Shown: positions 1 to 10,890 of the stretch, in pieces
Numbering within the stretch: position 1 is the first letter of the stretch
How the letters are laid out: each line of letters starts with the position of its first letter
Made by a program: the position numbers and the translations under genes
From: Chloroflexota bacterium
GTDB lineage: Bacteria > Chloroflexota > UBA11872 > VXOZ01
NCBI GenBank assembly: GCA_964291655.2
Contig: OZ219802.1
Span: forward strand, 1,344,001-1,408,000
DNA length: 64,000 nucleotides
Direction of reading: 5' to 3'
Notes under the pieces: model-generated
What the model was told of the DNA's origin: nothing
Database searches by the model: none
Seen by the model: the letters and a program-made list of their open reading frames with translations, nothing else

Positions 1-94
1 CTCTTGGACGGAAACGTCGTCGCGCTAGTCCAGATTCCAGTGGTCATTAGAAACTCACAGAGCACAGAAGATGGATTCCCGCCTGCGCGGGAAT

Positions 95-349
95 TGTAAA
101 TGTCAGGTAATTCGTTGACAGATTTGGCAGAAGAAACATGGGAGCAGAACTCTGTGCTTGCCTACATACATGTCATTCCAAACGGAGCGTAGCGGAGTGA
201 GGAATCTAGAGTGCTGAGGCCGTGAAAGTGTGTTGAGCAGGGATCCTAGATTCCGCGAACCCTGTTCGACGCTACGCTCGGAATGACAAGGCCTTGTAGC
301 GCTTTCTACGGGAAAGCAAATTCTGTCAACGAATTACTCAACACTTACA
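95..349 (+). mobile_element. TGT...ACA MITE copy 1 (255 bp), 5-bp TSD GGAAT
   Basis: Ends TGTAAATGTCAGGTAATTCGTTGACAGA and TCTGTCAACGAATTACTCAACACTTACA. GGAAT at 90-94 and 350-354. Removing the element restores GGATTCCCGCCTGCGCGGGAATGAC. Confidence 0.9.
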
Positions 350-443
350 GGAATGACGGACCACGAGGGGGCTTATCCCCTTCCGGAAAGTACAATCTAG
401 TCGCCAATTCAGCCTAAACTCCAATTCAACCAAGGTATCGAAC

Positions 444-1775
444 ATGCCGGTCACCCGCATCGTCACCGATCTTGCAGAAGCACAAGAGACCGTGCTCAAG
501 CGCACGCCGCTGGGCAGCGAAGAGGTACCCGCGCCGGTGGCGGCGCGCATTCGCAAGGTATTCGGCGCCGACCTTTCACCCGGTGAAGTGGTCGACCGCA
601 TTCTGGCGGACGTCCAGGCCGAAGGCGACACTGCCCTGGCACGTTACCTGCAGCACTTCGATGGCGTCGTGCCGGAGCCGTTGGAAGTAACGCCGGAGGA
701 GATTGCCGCGGCGCGCGAGCACGTGGACGACGCGCTCTGGGAAGTACTGGAGCTCGCTGCAGCTCGGATTGCTGCGTACCATGAACGCCAGCGGCGCAAT
801 TCCTGGATGGACTTTGCTACAGGCCTCGGCGAGATGGTGCGGCCGCTGCAACGGGTAGGCCTCTATTCGCCGGGCACGGAACGCGTCTATCCGTCGTCGG
901 TGCTGATGTCGGCGGTACCGGCGCGTGTGGCGGGCGTGGAAGAGATCATCCTCGCCACCCCGTGCCGTCCCGATGGCAGCGTGCATCCGCTCAAGGTCGC
1001 CGCCGCCGCGGTAGCAGGCGTACACAGAATCTTCAAGATCAGCGGCGCGCAGGCCGTTGCGGCCCTGGCATTCGGCACCGCACAGGTGCCCAAGGTGGAC
1101 AAAATCCTCGGCCCCGGCAATATCTTTGTAATTCTGGCGAAGCAAAGAGTGTACGGCCAAGTAGGCATCGACCAACTCCCCGGGCCGACCGAAACAGTCA
1201 TCGTGGCCGATGCCGCGGCTGATCCGGCAGAGGCGGCGGCTGATCTGCTCGCTCAAGCGGAGCATGATTTTCTGGCAACACCGCTGCTCATCACGGATTC
1301 CGCCGCTCTCGCCGCGCGCGTTGAACAAGAGCTGGCTGCGCAACTGGCGAACCTGCCGCGCCAGGCAGAAGCCGCCTATTCGCTGCTGCACAACGGCGGC
1401 ATCGTGGTAGTGGACGATCTGGAGACGGCCGTTGACGCCGCCAGCGCCTTCGCGCCGGAGCATCTGTGCCTGCTCACTCAGGAGCCGTGGCAATGGGTCG
1501 GGAAGATCCGCAATGCCGGCGGCATATTCGTCGGCAGCGCCTCGCCGGAGGTGTTGGGCGATTACATTGCCGGTCCGAGCCACATCATGCCGGTAGGCGG
1601 CACGGCTCGCTTCTCTTCCCCGCTAACCGTCCAGGAATTCTATAAGAGCACCAGCATCGTCGCGCTCGATCCAGAGACCGCTGCTGCCATTGCCGAGCCC
1701 GCCGCCGCGTTGGCCGAGGCGGAAGGCTTCTTCGCACATGCCCAAGCCGCGCGCAGACGGGCGCAACAAACTTAA
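444..1775 (+). CDS. hisD: Histidinol dehydrogenase
   Basis: Motifs YPSSVLM..VPARVAGV, GAQAVAALAFGT, KILGPGN.FV..AK, GIDQLPGPTE, DLLAQAEHD, APEHL, GDY.AGPSH.MP..GTARFSSPL. Confidence 0.97.
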   Translation: MPVTRIVTDLAEAQETVLKRTPLGSEEVPAPVAARIRKVFGADLSPGEVVDRILADVQAEGDTALARYLQHFDGVVPEPLEVTPEEIAAAREHVDDALWEVLELAAARIAAYHERQRRNSWMDFATGLGEMVRPLQRVGLYSPGTERVYPSSVLMSAVPARVAGVEEIILATPCRPDGSVHPLKVAAAAVAGVHRIFKISGAQAVAALAFGTAQVPKVDKILGPGNIFVILAKQRVYGQVGIDQLPGPTETVIVADAAADPAEAAADLLAQAEHDFLATPLLITDSAALAARVEQELAAQLANLPRQAEAAYSLLHNGGIVVVDDLETAVDAASAFAPEHLCLLTQEPWQWVGKIRNAGGIFVGSASPEVLGDYIAGPSHIMPVGGTARFSSPLTVQEFYKSTSIVALDPETAAAIAEPAAALAEAEGFFAHAQAARRRAQQT

Positions 1776-1990
1776 GCGCAGTTTGCGTTTTCCCGTCACG
1801 CTTTTGCGTGGATTCCCTGTCTTCCACACTGGCAGGGGGAAGTCCGTTGTATTAGACTCTCGTTCCCGTGCCCTGGGTTTGGCAATCAGGGCCAATGCAA
1901 GGAGCGTGTGGCAACTTGTGACTACACCTATGAAGTACGTATCATAGGAACAAGCAAAAGATCCGCCAGGCAAGAGAAACGAGGCATACC

Positions 1991-2458
1991 ATGCGCGTGA
2001 TCACCCTCAAGCCGCAGCCACTCACCCCGGAAGGCTTTGCGCCCTTCGGAAATATTCTCACTCTGGATCGCTCCGAGATTGTTTGCACAGATGGTGTGCT
2101 CACGGCGCGCATCACCCATGCGCCATTGCGCGACCTCAGTGCAGAGCAACCGCATTTCCTGAACCGCCACATGGAAGAGACCCAGGTCTTCGTGCCATTG
2201 GGCGGTAAGGACGGCCTCTTCTTCGTAGGGCCGCCGAGTGAGACGCCGGAATCCTTCGATCCCGATAGGGTGGCGCTCTTTCACTTTCCCGGTAGCTGCG
2301 CGATCCGCATGCACGTGGGCACGTGGCACGTGGCCCCCTTTGCAGTGTCAGATCCCATCGACTACATCAATATTCAAGGCGACAAGGTACGTCACTACAC
2401 TGACGGATACGACTTCAAGGAGCGCGACAACCTGGTATTTCAGTTCGACTTGAGTTAA
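1991..2458 (+). CDS. Ureidoglycolate lyase-like cupin protein
   Basis: N-terminal PLTPEGFAPFG, then RH...TQ.FVP and GTWH..P motifs typical of the family; GAGG SD. Confidence 0.75.
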   Translation: MRVITLKPQPLTPEGFAPFGNILTLDRSEIVCTDGVLTARITHAPLRDLSAEQPHFLNRHMEETQVFVPLGGKDGLFFVGPPSETPESFDPDRVALFHFPGSCAIRMHVGTWHVAPFAVSDPIDYINIQGDKVRHYTDGYDFKERDNLVFQFDLS

Positions 2459-2495
2459 AGGGGGACGCAGGCGGACGCCAGCGGGAACAGTCATC

Positions 2496-2760
2496 TGTCA
2501 TTCCCGGGCAAGCGGGAATCCATCTTTATCGTGTAGTAGGCCGGAGCAGTGCTGAGATGCGAGCCTCGGTTACGCTACTGAGGAATTGAGATGCCGGTTT
2601 CGGCAGTCCCGCGCCATCGCACGGACACTGTCGTCAGTTGGAAGTTCGCAGAGCCATGCAATTGTCGCCCCGAACAGAGTGCGGGGTCTAAGACGCCGCC
2701 GGTAGGACAGCGGTGGCGGTAAGGGAGAACTCTAGATTCCTCGCTCCGCTCGGCATGACT
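2496..2760. repeat. Palindromic REP/dRS3-like repeats
   Basis: CTGTCATTCCCGGGCAAGCGGGAATCC near 2496 and CTAGATTCCTCGCTCCGCTCGGCATGAC near 2732. Confidence 0.75.
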
Positions 2761-2862
2761 CGTGAAAAGTGTCGCAGGGTTCGACATGCTGCCGCAACGC
2801 TCCCACACCTAGCTGACTGCTGGGTACTCGTACTGAGAAGAATCGCCGTAGAAAGTGCCCCA

Positions 2863-3456
2863 ATGACACGCGCGGGACAGCACACACGACAGACGCAAGA
2901 GACCAACGTGGCCGTTTCGATTTCGTTGGACGGCGCCGGCACTGCGAGTATTGCTACCGGAATCGGTATGCTCGACCACATGCTCAACCAGCTTAGCACC
3001 CACGGACTCTTCGATTTAGAAGTGCACGCCAGCGGGGACTTGGAGGTAGATTCGCATCATACCGTCGAGGACGTGGCAATTTGCCTGGGTCGCGCGCTCG
3101 ACGCGGCCTTGGGCGACAAGACCGGCATCACCCGCATGGGCTGGGCCTGCGTGCCCATGGATGAGGCTTTGGCCCTGGTGTCCGTGGACCTGAGCGGGCG
3201 CGGAGCGGCGTCCGTGGATGTGCCTTTCACTGGCTATAAGCTCGGCACTTTGCAGAGCGAGATGATCGGCCACTTTCTCGATACCTTCGCGGTGCAGGGT
3301 CAGTTCACGCTGCACGCGCGCCTGCTGGCCGGCGCAATCGATCATCACAAGGCCGAGGCAGTCTTCAAAGCCCTCGCCCGCGCGCTGTCACAGGCCGTCC
3401 AACCAGACCCCCGCCGCCAACACTCCGTGCCCAGCAGCAAGGGATCATTGGAATAG
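2863..3456 (+). CDS. hisB: Imidazoleglycerol-phosphate dehydratase
   Basis: R.T.ET.V, TGIGMLDHML, GDLEVDSHHTVEDV, PMDEAL, HHKAEAVFKA; ATG start chosen at 2863 because the upstream ORF extension is repeat DNA. Confidence 0.96.
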   Translation: MTRAGQHTRQTQETNVAVSISLDGAGTASIATGIGMLDHMLNQLSTHGLFDLEVHASGDLEVDSHHTVEDVAICLGRALDAALGDKTGITRMGWACVPMDEALALVSVDLSGRGAASVDVPFTGYKLGTLQSEMIGHFLDTFAVQGQFTLHARLLAGAIDHHKAEAVFKALARALSQAVQPDPRRQHSVPSSKGSLE

Positions 3457-3461
3457 ATGCG

Positions 3462-4682
3462 GTGGATACGCGCTTTCCCGAGCCGCTACCAAATACGCTC
3501 TTGCCACGTGAGTCAGTGGCGAAGCGCTGGGCGCGGCGCGGGCTGCTGCGAACGCTGGCATTCTTTCGCCCATATCGCTTTCCTGCTACTCACGCCGACC
3601 GCATCCTGGTAATTCGCCCCGACCATATTGGCGACGTACTGCTGATCACGCCGGCGTTGCGGCTGCTGCGCCAGGCGTTTCCTGAGACTGAGATTACAGC
3701 GCTGGTGGGTCCGTGGTCGGAAGCGGTGCTGGCACGAAACCCGCAGATCGACCGGCTTGAGGTCTGCCGCTATCCCGGCTTTGAGCGCAGCCAACCGCAG
3801 CAGGGCCTGCACGCCTACACGCAACTCCGGCGTGAAGCCGCGCGCCTGCGTGGAGAGGAATACCAGCTTGCCCTCAACCTGCGAGCGGACTTCTGGTGGG
3901 GCGCGGCGCTGGCCGCGTTTGCCGGTATTCCCTACGTGTGGGGATTCAGCGAGCCGGAGTGCGCGCCGTTTCTCACTCACGCGTTGCCGGTACAGCGTGA
4001 CGAGCATCAGGCAGAATCCAACCTGCGCTTGGTACGCGCCGCTGCGACCGTTGGCATTCCGGTAGAAGATGCCGGCACACACCTGCAGTTCGACGGCACG
4101 CACGACGACGCACAGACGGCTGAGGAGCTTCTGCGCACGGCTAACGTGACTTCAGACGCCACACTTGTCGCCATTCATCCGGGTTCCGGCGCGCCAGTAA
4201 AGCATTGGTCCGCCGCCGGCTGGCACGCTGTAGGCAACGAATTAGCGGAAGACGACCGCGTACACTTTCTCGTCTCTTCCGGTCCCGCTGAGCGAGACCT
4301 TGCCCGGGAAGTCGCCGCCGGTCTGCCGCAAGGTCGCACCGTGTTGGTCCAAGAGACCTCACTCGGCGTTTTGGCGGCGCTCTATGCCCGCTGCTCATTG
4401 GTGATGGGGCCCGATTCCGGCCCCTTGCACCTCGCGGTTGCGGTGGGCGCGCCCAGTGTGACCCTCTACGGTGCGAGCGATCCCGTGCGGTTCGGACCGT
4501 GGGGGCCTGCTGAACGGCACCACACGGTAGCTTCCACCATCCCTTGTCGACACTGCGGATACCTAGCGTTGCCCGCTGCAGCCCTATCGCAGCACCCGTG
4601 CATGCAATTCATTGAACCGGCAGCGGTAACGTCAGTGGCGCGAGAGCTGCTGGAGCAAACCGTAACGAGCACTCACCCATGA
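3462..4682 (+). CDS. Glycosyltransferase family 9 (heptosyltransferase-like)
   Basis: RILVIRPDHIGDVLLITP, IHPGSG...KHW, DSGPLHLAVAVGAP. Confidence 0.9.
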   Translation: MDTRFPEPLPNTLLPRESVAKRWARRGLLRTLAFFRPYRFPATHADRILVIRPDHIGDVLLITPALRLLRQAFPETEITALVGPWSEAVLARNPQIDRLEVCRYPGFERSQPQQGLHAYTQLRREAARLRGEEYQLALNLRADFWWGAALAAFAGIPYVWGFSEPECAPFLTHALPVQRDEHQAESNLRLVRAAATVGIPVEDAGTHLQFDGTHDDAQTAEELLRTANVTSDATLVAIHPGSGAPVKHWSAAGWHAVGNELAEDDRVHFLVSSGPAERDLAREVAAGLPQGRTVLVQETSLGVLAALYARCSLVMGPDSGPLHLAVAVGAPSVTLYGASDPVRFGPWGPAERHHTVASTIPCRHCGYLALPAAALSQHPCMQFIEPAAVTSVARELLEQTVTSTHP

Positions 4683-5860
4683 GTTCTTCACTTAAACACC
4701 TTGCACGCCGCGCCGCTGGGGTGGTGTTATGGCTCTATTGCGCTGTTCTGGCTATGATCGCCCGGCTCCGCCACGGGCAGGATCCGTATCGACCGGATAG
4801 CGTTGAGCGCATTCTCATCATCCGGCTCGATCTCATCGGCGACCTCCTATTCTCGGTACCTGCTATTCGCAACACTCGTCAGCGGTTTCCGCACGCGAGA
4901 CTTGACGTGCTCGTGGCCCCCAATACGGCTCCGCTCCTCGCCGAGTGCCCCTACGTCAACCATGTCTACACTCTGGACGCCCACACGCTAACCCACCTTC
5001 CCGGCATTCTCTCTCTCAGCCAGTGGCGACAGGCATGGCGGCTCATCCGCACCTTGCGCGCTCAGCGGTATGAACTCTGCTTAAGCCTCTACGGCGTGCC
5101 TGCGGCGACCGTTTGTCTCTTGACCGGCGCGCCGCAGCGAGCGGGCTTCGCCGACGAAGCGCCGCCGGGCAGCTTTACTCTTCGTGCAACGGGTAGTCGC
5201 CTGCCGCAAGACCGTCACGAGGTGCATTGTTCCCTGGTGGTGGCGCAAGCGGCCGGCGCCGCAACCACACCCGACCGCATGGAAGCCTGGGTGAGCGCGG
5301 CCGACCGCGCCTGGGCTGAAGAGAACTTAGCTACCGACGGAGACGCGCTCTGGGTTGCCTGCGGACACGGCGCGCGGAACGGCTATGCTAAGATCTGGCC
5401 GCGGCGCCACTGGATCGGCCTCATAGATCAACTGCAGCAAGCGGGGTATCGTGCCGTCCTCGTGGGTGGGCCTGAGGAAGCCGAGGAGGCGGCGGCAATT
5501 GCGCTTGACTGTGAAAGCGCGCCCCTGGTGCTGACCGGCAAGACGACGCTGGGTCAACTGGCTGCAGTGCTCGCGCAGAGCACGCTTATGGTAGGCAGCG
5601 ACAGCGGACCCCTGCACCTGGCTGTGGCGCTGGGCACTCGCGTCGTCGGCCTGTACGGTGCCACGAGTCCGGTGCGCTACGGACCTTTCGGTCAGCCCGA
5701 CGCCGTGCGGCAACACCCGATATTTTGCAGTCCCTGCTACCGGCCTGAAACCGGCCAACCTGCTACCTGCCGCTACGGCACGGTGGAGTGCATGGAAGAA
5801 CTGGAACCGGAGCAGGTGCTGGCAGGCGTGCCCGCTGCAAAGGGTGATGCAGGTCAGTAG
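4679..5860 (+). CDS. Glycosyltransferase family 9 (heptosyltransferase-like)
   Basis: ILIIRLDLIGDLL, KIWP, GKTTLGQL, DSGPLHLAVALG; ATGA overlap with the upstream gene. Confidence 0.9.
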   Translation: MSSSLKHLARRAAGVVLWLYCAVLAMIARLRHGQDPYRPDSVERILIIRLDLIGDLLFSVPAIRNTRQRFPHARLDVLVAPNTAPLLAECPYVNHVYTLDAHTLTHLPGILSLSQWRQAWRLIRTLRAQRYELCLSLYGVPAATVCLLTGAPQRAGFADEAPPGSFTLRATGSRLPQDRHEVHCSLVVAQAAGAATTPDRMEAWVSAADRAWAEENLATDGDALWVACGHGARNGYAKIWPRRHWIGLIDQLQQAGYRAVLVGGPEEAEEAAAIALDCESAPLVLTGKTTLGQLAAVLAQSTLMVGSDSGPLHLAVALGTRVVGLYGATSPVRYGPFGQPDAVRQHPIFCSPCYRPETGQPATCRYGTVECMEELEPEQVLAGVPAAKGDAGQ

Positions 5861-5979
5861 AATAGGATCAGGGCGCGGTGGTGAAGTACTGGCGCCGACA
5901 CTCAATCCGCAGGACATACCTGCAAAAGTACGACAGCCAAACCGATGGAGTGCGGGTCGTTGTCTAAGTATTACAAGAC

Positions 5980-6354
<375 letters not shown>

Positions 6355-6440
6355 TTGGGCAGGAAGCAGGCGGGATTGCGGTAACTACAGACGAAAAACT
6401 GGGCAAAGGAAAGACTTGAACCAAAGGAGAAAAGAAAACT

Positions 6441-7466
6441 ATGCGCGCAGCAGTCATGGGCATGCGGCACGGACACATCAGCGAGTTTGTACGGGCCGTT
6501 GAGGAAAACGAGGCGGTAAGCCTTGTCGGTATCGCGGAAGACGAGCCGACGGTTCGTGCCAGAATAGAGTCCGAGCATAGCGTGCCGGTGTACGCGGACT
6601 TTGATGAATTGCTCGACAAAGAGCAGCCGCAAGTTGTCGGTGTCGCCAGGACGAACGCCACGAAATTTCTGGCGCTCACCGCCTGCCTGGAACGCGGCAT
6701 CAACGTGATTGCCGATAAGCCGCTGCTCACGGAGATGGGACAACTTGAGCAGGTGCAGGCTGCATATGCTCTCGGCAAGGCGCGCCTAGGCATGATGCTA
6801 AGCCAGCGCTTCTCCGCGCCCCACCGGGCCCTTAAGGCGCAGGTGGAAGCCGGAGACTTTGGCGAGATCGTGCACATGTACGGCTTCGGCCCCCACAAAC
6901 TACGTCCCCATACGCGCAATCCGTGGGAACTCGACGCGGCGCAGAACGGCGGGGTGCTCGTCGACCTCGGCGTGCACTATTTCGACTCGCTGCGGTGGTT
7001 CTCCGGCCAGGAGCCGGTGCGCGTGGCTGCGGCGCAAGGCAATACGCGCTTTCCGGAGCTGCCCCAACTCTACGACCACGCCCACGCGCTCATGGAATTC
7101 GACGGCGGCATGAAAGGCATCGTGGTCGCCGACTGGCTCACGCCCGACGCTGCGCCTTATCACGGCGACTACCGTCTCTACGTCACCGGCACGCGCGGCA
7201 CGGCAGAGATCGCGACCTCCGGCACACTGGAGCCCTCCGGCCCCAACAAACAGGGCGGCGTGCGTGTGGTGCTGAACGATAAGGAACCCTTCGACCTGGA
7301 CGTCCCACCGCTGCAACACACGCCTACCAGCGACTTTCTGGAGGCGCTTGTAAACGACCGCGAACCCTACGGCAGCGCGGAAGAGGTGCTCCGCACGATG
7401 GAGGTGACGCTGCACGCGAAAGCCGCAGCGGAGAGCGGCGATTGGGTAAATATACCAGCCAAGTAA
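6441..7466 (+). CDS. Gfo/Idh/MocA family oxidoreductase
   Basis: N-terminal Rossmann start, NVIADKPL, GGVLVDLGVHYFD, GTRGT; AGGAG SD. Confidence 0.9.
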   Translation: MRAAVMGMRHGHISEFVRAVEENEAVSLVGIAEDEPTVRARIESEHSVPVYADFDELLDKEQPQVVGVARTNATKFLALTACLERGINVIADKPLLTEMGQLEQVQAAYALGKARLGMMLSQRFSAPHRALKAQVEAGDFGEIVHMYGFGPHKLRPHTRNPWELDAAQNGGVLVDLGVHYFDSLRWFSGQEPVRVAAAQGNTRFPELPQLYDHAHALMEFDGGMKGIVVADWLTPDAAPYHGDYRLYVTGTRGTAEIATSGTLEPSGPNKQGGVRVVLNDKEPFDLDVPPLQHTPTSDFLEALVNDREPYGSAEEVLRTMEVTLHAKAAAESGDWVNIPAK

Positions 7467-7546
7467 AATCTGAGCTGCAAAAGACCACGCATTTCTTGCT
7501 TAGTCATCAAGCGCTGCCGGGACATGCAGACCTCGATTGTCATTCC

Positions 7547-7787
7547 TGTAAGTGTCAGGTAATTCGTTGACAGACTTGAGAACAAAAGCAGCTGAACGCA
7601 GTACTCTACATGAACAGTACACATGTCATTCCGAACGGAGCGCAGCGAAGAGAGGAATCTAAGATGTTGAGCCTATTGGGCGACACGTTGCATGGCCCTA
7701 GATTCCTCGCTCCGCTCGGAATGACATGATCTGTCAACACTGCCAATTTGGGAGAGAATTCTGTCAACGAATTACTCAACACTTACA
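7547..7787 (+). mobile_element. TGT...ACA MITE copy 2 (241 bp), TSD ATTCC
   Basis: Same 28-bp ends. ATTCC at 7542-7546 and 7788-7792. Empty site GTCATTCCGAGCGAAGCGAGGAATCTAG. Confidence 0.92.
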
Positions 7788-8027
7788 ATTCCGAGCGAAG
7801 CGAGGAATCTAGAGTGTGTGCAGTTCATTCTCCACCATGTGGGAAGAAGATCCGGTGAGGGTGAGCGTGCAGGTTTTCGTGGCTGCGTGCTACTTTGCGT
7901 GGCACCGAACAATGGCAACGGATGAAGATGAATTCCCGTTTTCACGGGAATGACGGACTATTCGCTGTTACACTCAGAAGTCAGTGGCAAGCTAACACAT
8001 CCTTTATCTGACAATAGGAGAGTTGCC

Positions 8028-9173
8028 ATGCGCATAACCGCAGTAGATACCTTTATCATGTGGGGGAATCCCCGCAATTGGGTCTTTGTGAAGATCTCCA
8101 CCGACGAGCCGGAGCTGTACGGCTGGGGCGAGGCCACGCTGGAAGGCAAAGACGCCACGGTGCAGACCGCCATCGGACAGCTCGGCGAGACACTCATCGG
8201 CAAGGACCCGCTGGAGACCGAACGCCTCTGGCAGTCGCTCTACAAGGACGGCTTTTGGAAAGGCGGGGTGGTAATCAACACGGCCATTTCAGGTATAGAC
8301 CAAGCCCTATGGGACATTAAAGGCAAGCACTACGGCGCGCCGGTCTATCAATTGCTCGGCGGGCCCGCCCGCGACCGCATTCGCCTCTACACCCACGTCG
8401 GCATTTACGAGGCCCACCGTATAGCGACGGAGGCGCAGCAACACGTGGCGGCCGGCTTCACCGCTCTTAAGACCGGCGCGTGGGCAACCGATGAGCACAT
8501 GGGCGACTTTCAGCACGCGGCACTCTTGGGTGAACGCATTGCCATCCTGCGTCAAGCCGTCGGTCAAGACGTGGACCTCATGATAGACAACCACGGCAAG
8601 AGCCGCCCGGCGCAAGCCATCCGCCAACTGCACGCCGTCAAGGACAGCCAGATTACCTTCTTCGAAGAACCGGTGCCGCCGGACAACATCGAGGCGTTTC
8701 GGCCCGTGCGCGAGACCGCCCGCGAGCTGGGCATAGACCTGGCCACTGGCGAGCGCTACTTCACCAAGTGGCAGTACGCGCCCCTGCTGGCCGGCCAATA
8801 CGTGGACGTGATCCAGCCCGACCTCTGCCACGCGGGCGGCATCACCGAGGTCAAGAAAATCGCCGCGCTGGCCGAGGTGCACCACGTGCTCGTCGCGCCG
8901 CACAATCCCCAAGGGCCGCTCTCCACCGCCGCCGCGGCGCACATCGGCATGAGCGTCCCCAACTACCTCATGCTGGAATACGTCCCCAGCCAACCCTATC
9001 GCGACAAGGTGGTCAAGGAACCGTGGCAAATCGAGGATGGCTACCTGCACGTGCCGGACACCCCCGGCCTCGGCGTCGACCTGGACGAGGACGTCATCGC
9101 CGCCAACCCACCCCGCAGCTTTGCCTACTTCAAGAACCTCCGCGACGACACCGGCGCGGTGATGGATATTTAG
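8028..9173 (+). CDS. Galactonate dehydratase-like enolase-superfamily protein
   Basis: WVFVKI.TD..GWGEAT, AISGIDQALWDIKGK, D.HG, F.EEP, ATGER, QPDLCHAGGITE.KKIA, APHNP.GP; AGGAG SD before 8028. Confidence 0.88.
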   Translation: MRITAVDTFIMWGNPRNWVFVKISTDEPELYGWGEATLEGKDATVQTAIGQLGETLIGKDPLETERLWQSLYKDGFWKGGVVINTAISGIDQALWDIKGKHYGAPVYQLLGGPARDRIRLYTHVGIYEAHRIATEAQQHVAAGFTALKTGAWATDEHMGDFQHAALLGERIAILRQAVGQDVDLMIDNHGKSRPAQAIRQLHAVKDSQITFFEEPVPPDNIEAFRPVRETARELGIDLATGERYFTKWQYAPLLAGQYVDVIQPDLCHAGGITEVKKIAALAEVHHVLVAPHNPQGPLSTAAAAHIGMSVPNYLMLEYVPSQPYRDKVVKEPWQIEDGYLHVPDTPGLGVDLDEDVIAANPPRSFAYFKNLRDDTGAVMDI

Positions 9174-9370
9174 ATCGGAAGTCCAATAGCCAAGACCATA
9201 GGACGGACATAACCTAGCGCCTGAGTGCCATCACTTGTGGCATTAGGAGTGATGCCTGAGCAAGTTCTCGTTGTAAACTTGCCAAGGACTATTCACTGAG
9301 TGCTGGCATCAGTCACTTTGGATAATCCTGTTGGACTAGGATGCATTGTGGGACGAGGAGAACGACTGAG

Positions 9371-10492
9371 ATGAGCAGAATTACCGTCTCTTTCCTACTT
9401 TGCTTGACCCTCGTCCTCGTTGCTGCCGCGATGGTTGGTTGTTCCCTTCCACCGGAGATGGTCGAGGCTCCTCTGCCAGCGCCCACGGCGAACCCACAGC
9501 CCGAGCGGCCGCTGGTCGCTGACAAACCGGGAGACTTGCTTTGGCGCTACCGGACCGGCGCCGGGGTGTGGTCCTCCCCGGCGGTGGAGAATGGCGTGGT
9601 CTCCGTCGGGTCTGATGACTACCATGTGTACACGCTGGATGCTGCCACTGGCGAACTTCTCTGGCGTTACCGGACCGCAAGCGCTGTGAACTCTCCCCTC
9701 ACAATGAGCGCCGGCACGGTCTATGTCGGCTCAGACGACCACTTCGTCTATGCGTATGATGCCGAGGATGGTGACCTCATTTGGCAATTCCAGACGGGAA
9801 GCTGGTTGAATTCTTCGCCAACTGTAGCGGGTGGCGTGGCGTACGTTGGTTCCAATGATGCCAGTGTTTATGCCCTGGATACCGAGAACGGCGACCTTCT
9901 CTGGAGCTATCAGACGGGTGATGAGGTAAGTTCATCTCCGGCAGTGGGCAACGGCGTGGTATACGTAACCACATTAGACCATCACGTGTACGCTTTGGAT
10001 GTCGAGAACGGCGCGCTGCTCTGGCGCTACCAAACCAGCGCAGCATTAGACTCTTCGCCAACCCTGGCCAGTGGCGTTGTGTATGCCGGTTCGCTCGATA
10101 GGCACGTCTACGCGCTTGATGCCGTCAGCGGCGAACTCATCTGGCGCTACGAGACCGGTGCAGAAATCTGGTCCTCACCGGCAGTGAGCAACGGCGTAGT
10201 CTACATTGGCTCCCGGGATAACGATGTCCACGCCATAGATGCCGACAGTGGCGAACTCGTCTGGCGTTACCGGACTGGCGGACAGGTCAACTCTTCACCT
10301 GCAGTGGCAAACGGCGTGGTGTACGTTGGCTCCTACGATGAATATGTCTACGCCCTTGACGCCGCCACGGGCGAACTCCACTGGCGTTACCGGACGGACG
10401 GCGAAATCTGGTCATCACCGGCAGTTGCCAATGGCGTGGTGTACATCGGCTCGAAAGACGGTTACGTCTACGCGCTGAAGGCCAGTCGATAG
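9371..10492 (+). CDS. PQQ-like beta-propeller repeat lipoprotein
   Basis: Signal peptide with lipobox-like VGC; eight regular ~40-aa repeats SSPAVxxGVVYVGSxDxxVYALDAxxGxLxWRY. Confidence 0.9.
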   Translation: MSRITVSFLLCLTLVLVAAAMVGCSLPPEMVEAPLPAPTANPQPERPLVADKPGDLLWRYRTGAGVWSSPAVENGVVSVGSDDYHVYTLDAATGELLWRYRTASAVNSPLTMSAGTVYVGSDDHFVYAYDAEDGDLIWQFQTGSWLNSSPTVAGGVAYVGSNDASVYALDTENGDLLWSYQTGDEVSSSPAVGNGVVYVTTLDHHVYALDVENGALLWRYQTSAALDSSPTLASGVVYAGSLDRHVYALDAVSGELIWRYETGAEIWSSPAVSNGVVYIGSRDNDVHAIDADSGELVWRYRTGGQVNSSPAVANGVVYVGSYDEYVYALDAATGELHWRYRTDGEIWSSPAVANGVVYIGSKDGYVYALKASR

Positions 10493-10542
10493 GATCCCTT
10501 GAATAGAGGAGGGCCCTATCGGGTTTTAGGCAATTACCTACG

Positions 10543-10681
10543 GAGACCTTTGCACAACCCTTCACCTTTGAGGTGAAGGGTTGGGATGGGGGTGAAATTG
10601 CTTGACATCATGCTATCTTTAGATGTAATAGCGCTCTGGATTCCGGCTTTCGCCGGAATGACGGAGTTACGCAAAGGTCTC
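10543..10681. mobile_element. IS5/IS1106-like MITE (139 bp)
   Basis: Termini GAGACCTTTGC...GCAAAGGTCTC, CTACG on both flanks, similar 139-bp copy at 53671-53809. Confidence 0.8.
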
Positions 10682-10890
10682 CTACGGGAAGAAGACCTGC
10701 ACTGGTTCGCAAGCTATGTGGATCATATTTCATGGCTTGACCAGGTTGAATCCGACGATAGGGTTTACACCAACCAATCGGAAATCCTCGTGCTCAGGCC
10801 TGGATTCAAGTACCTGTGCTCACGAATATTCTCCCCGGCATACCTCAGACACATTTCAAGCCAAGAGTTAGCCTTTGTGCCCAAGCGTCC

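Noticed and set aside
9530-10485. PQQ or LRR repeats as DGR template/variable regions
   Set aside because: No reverse transcriptase, no non-coding template copy, and differences are not adenine-specific.
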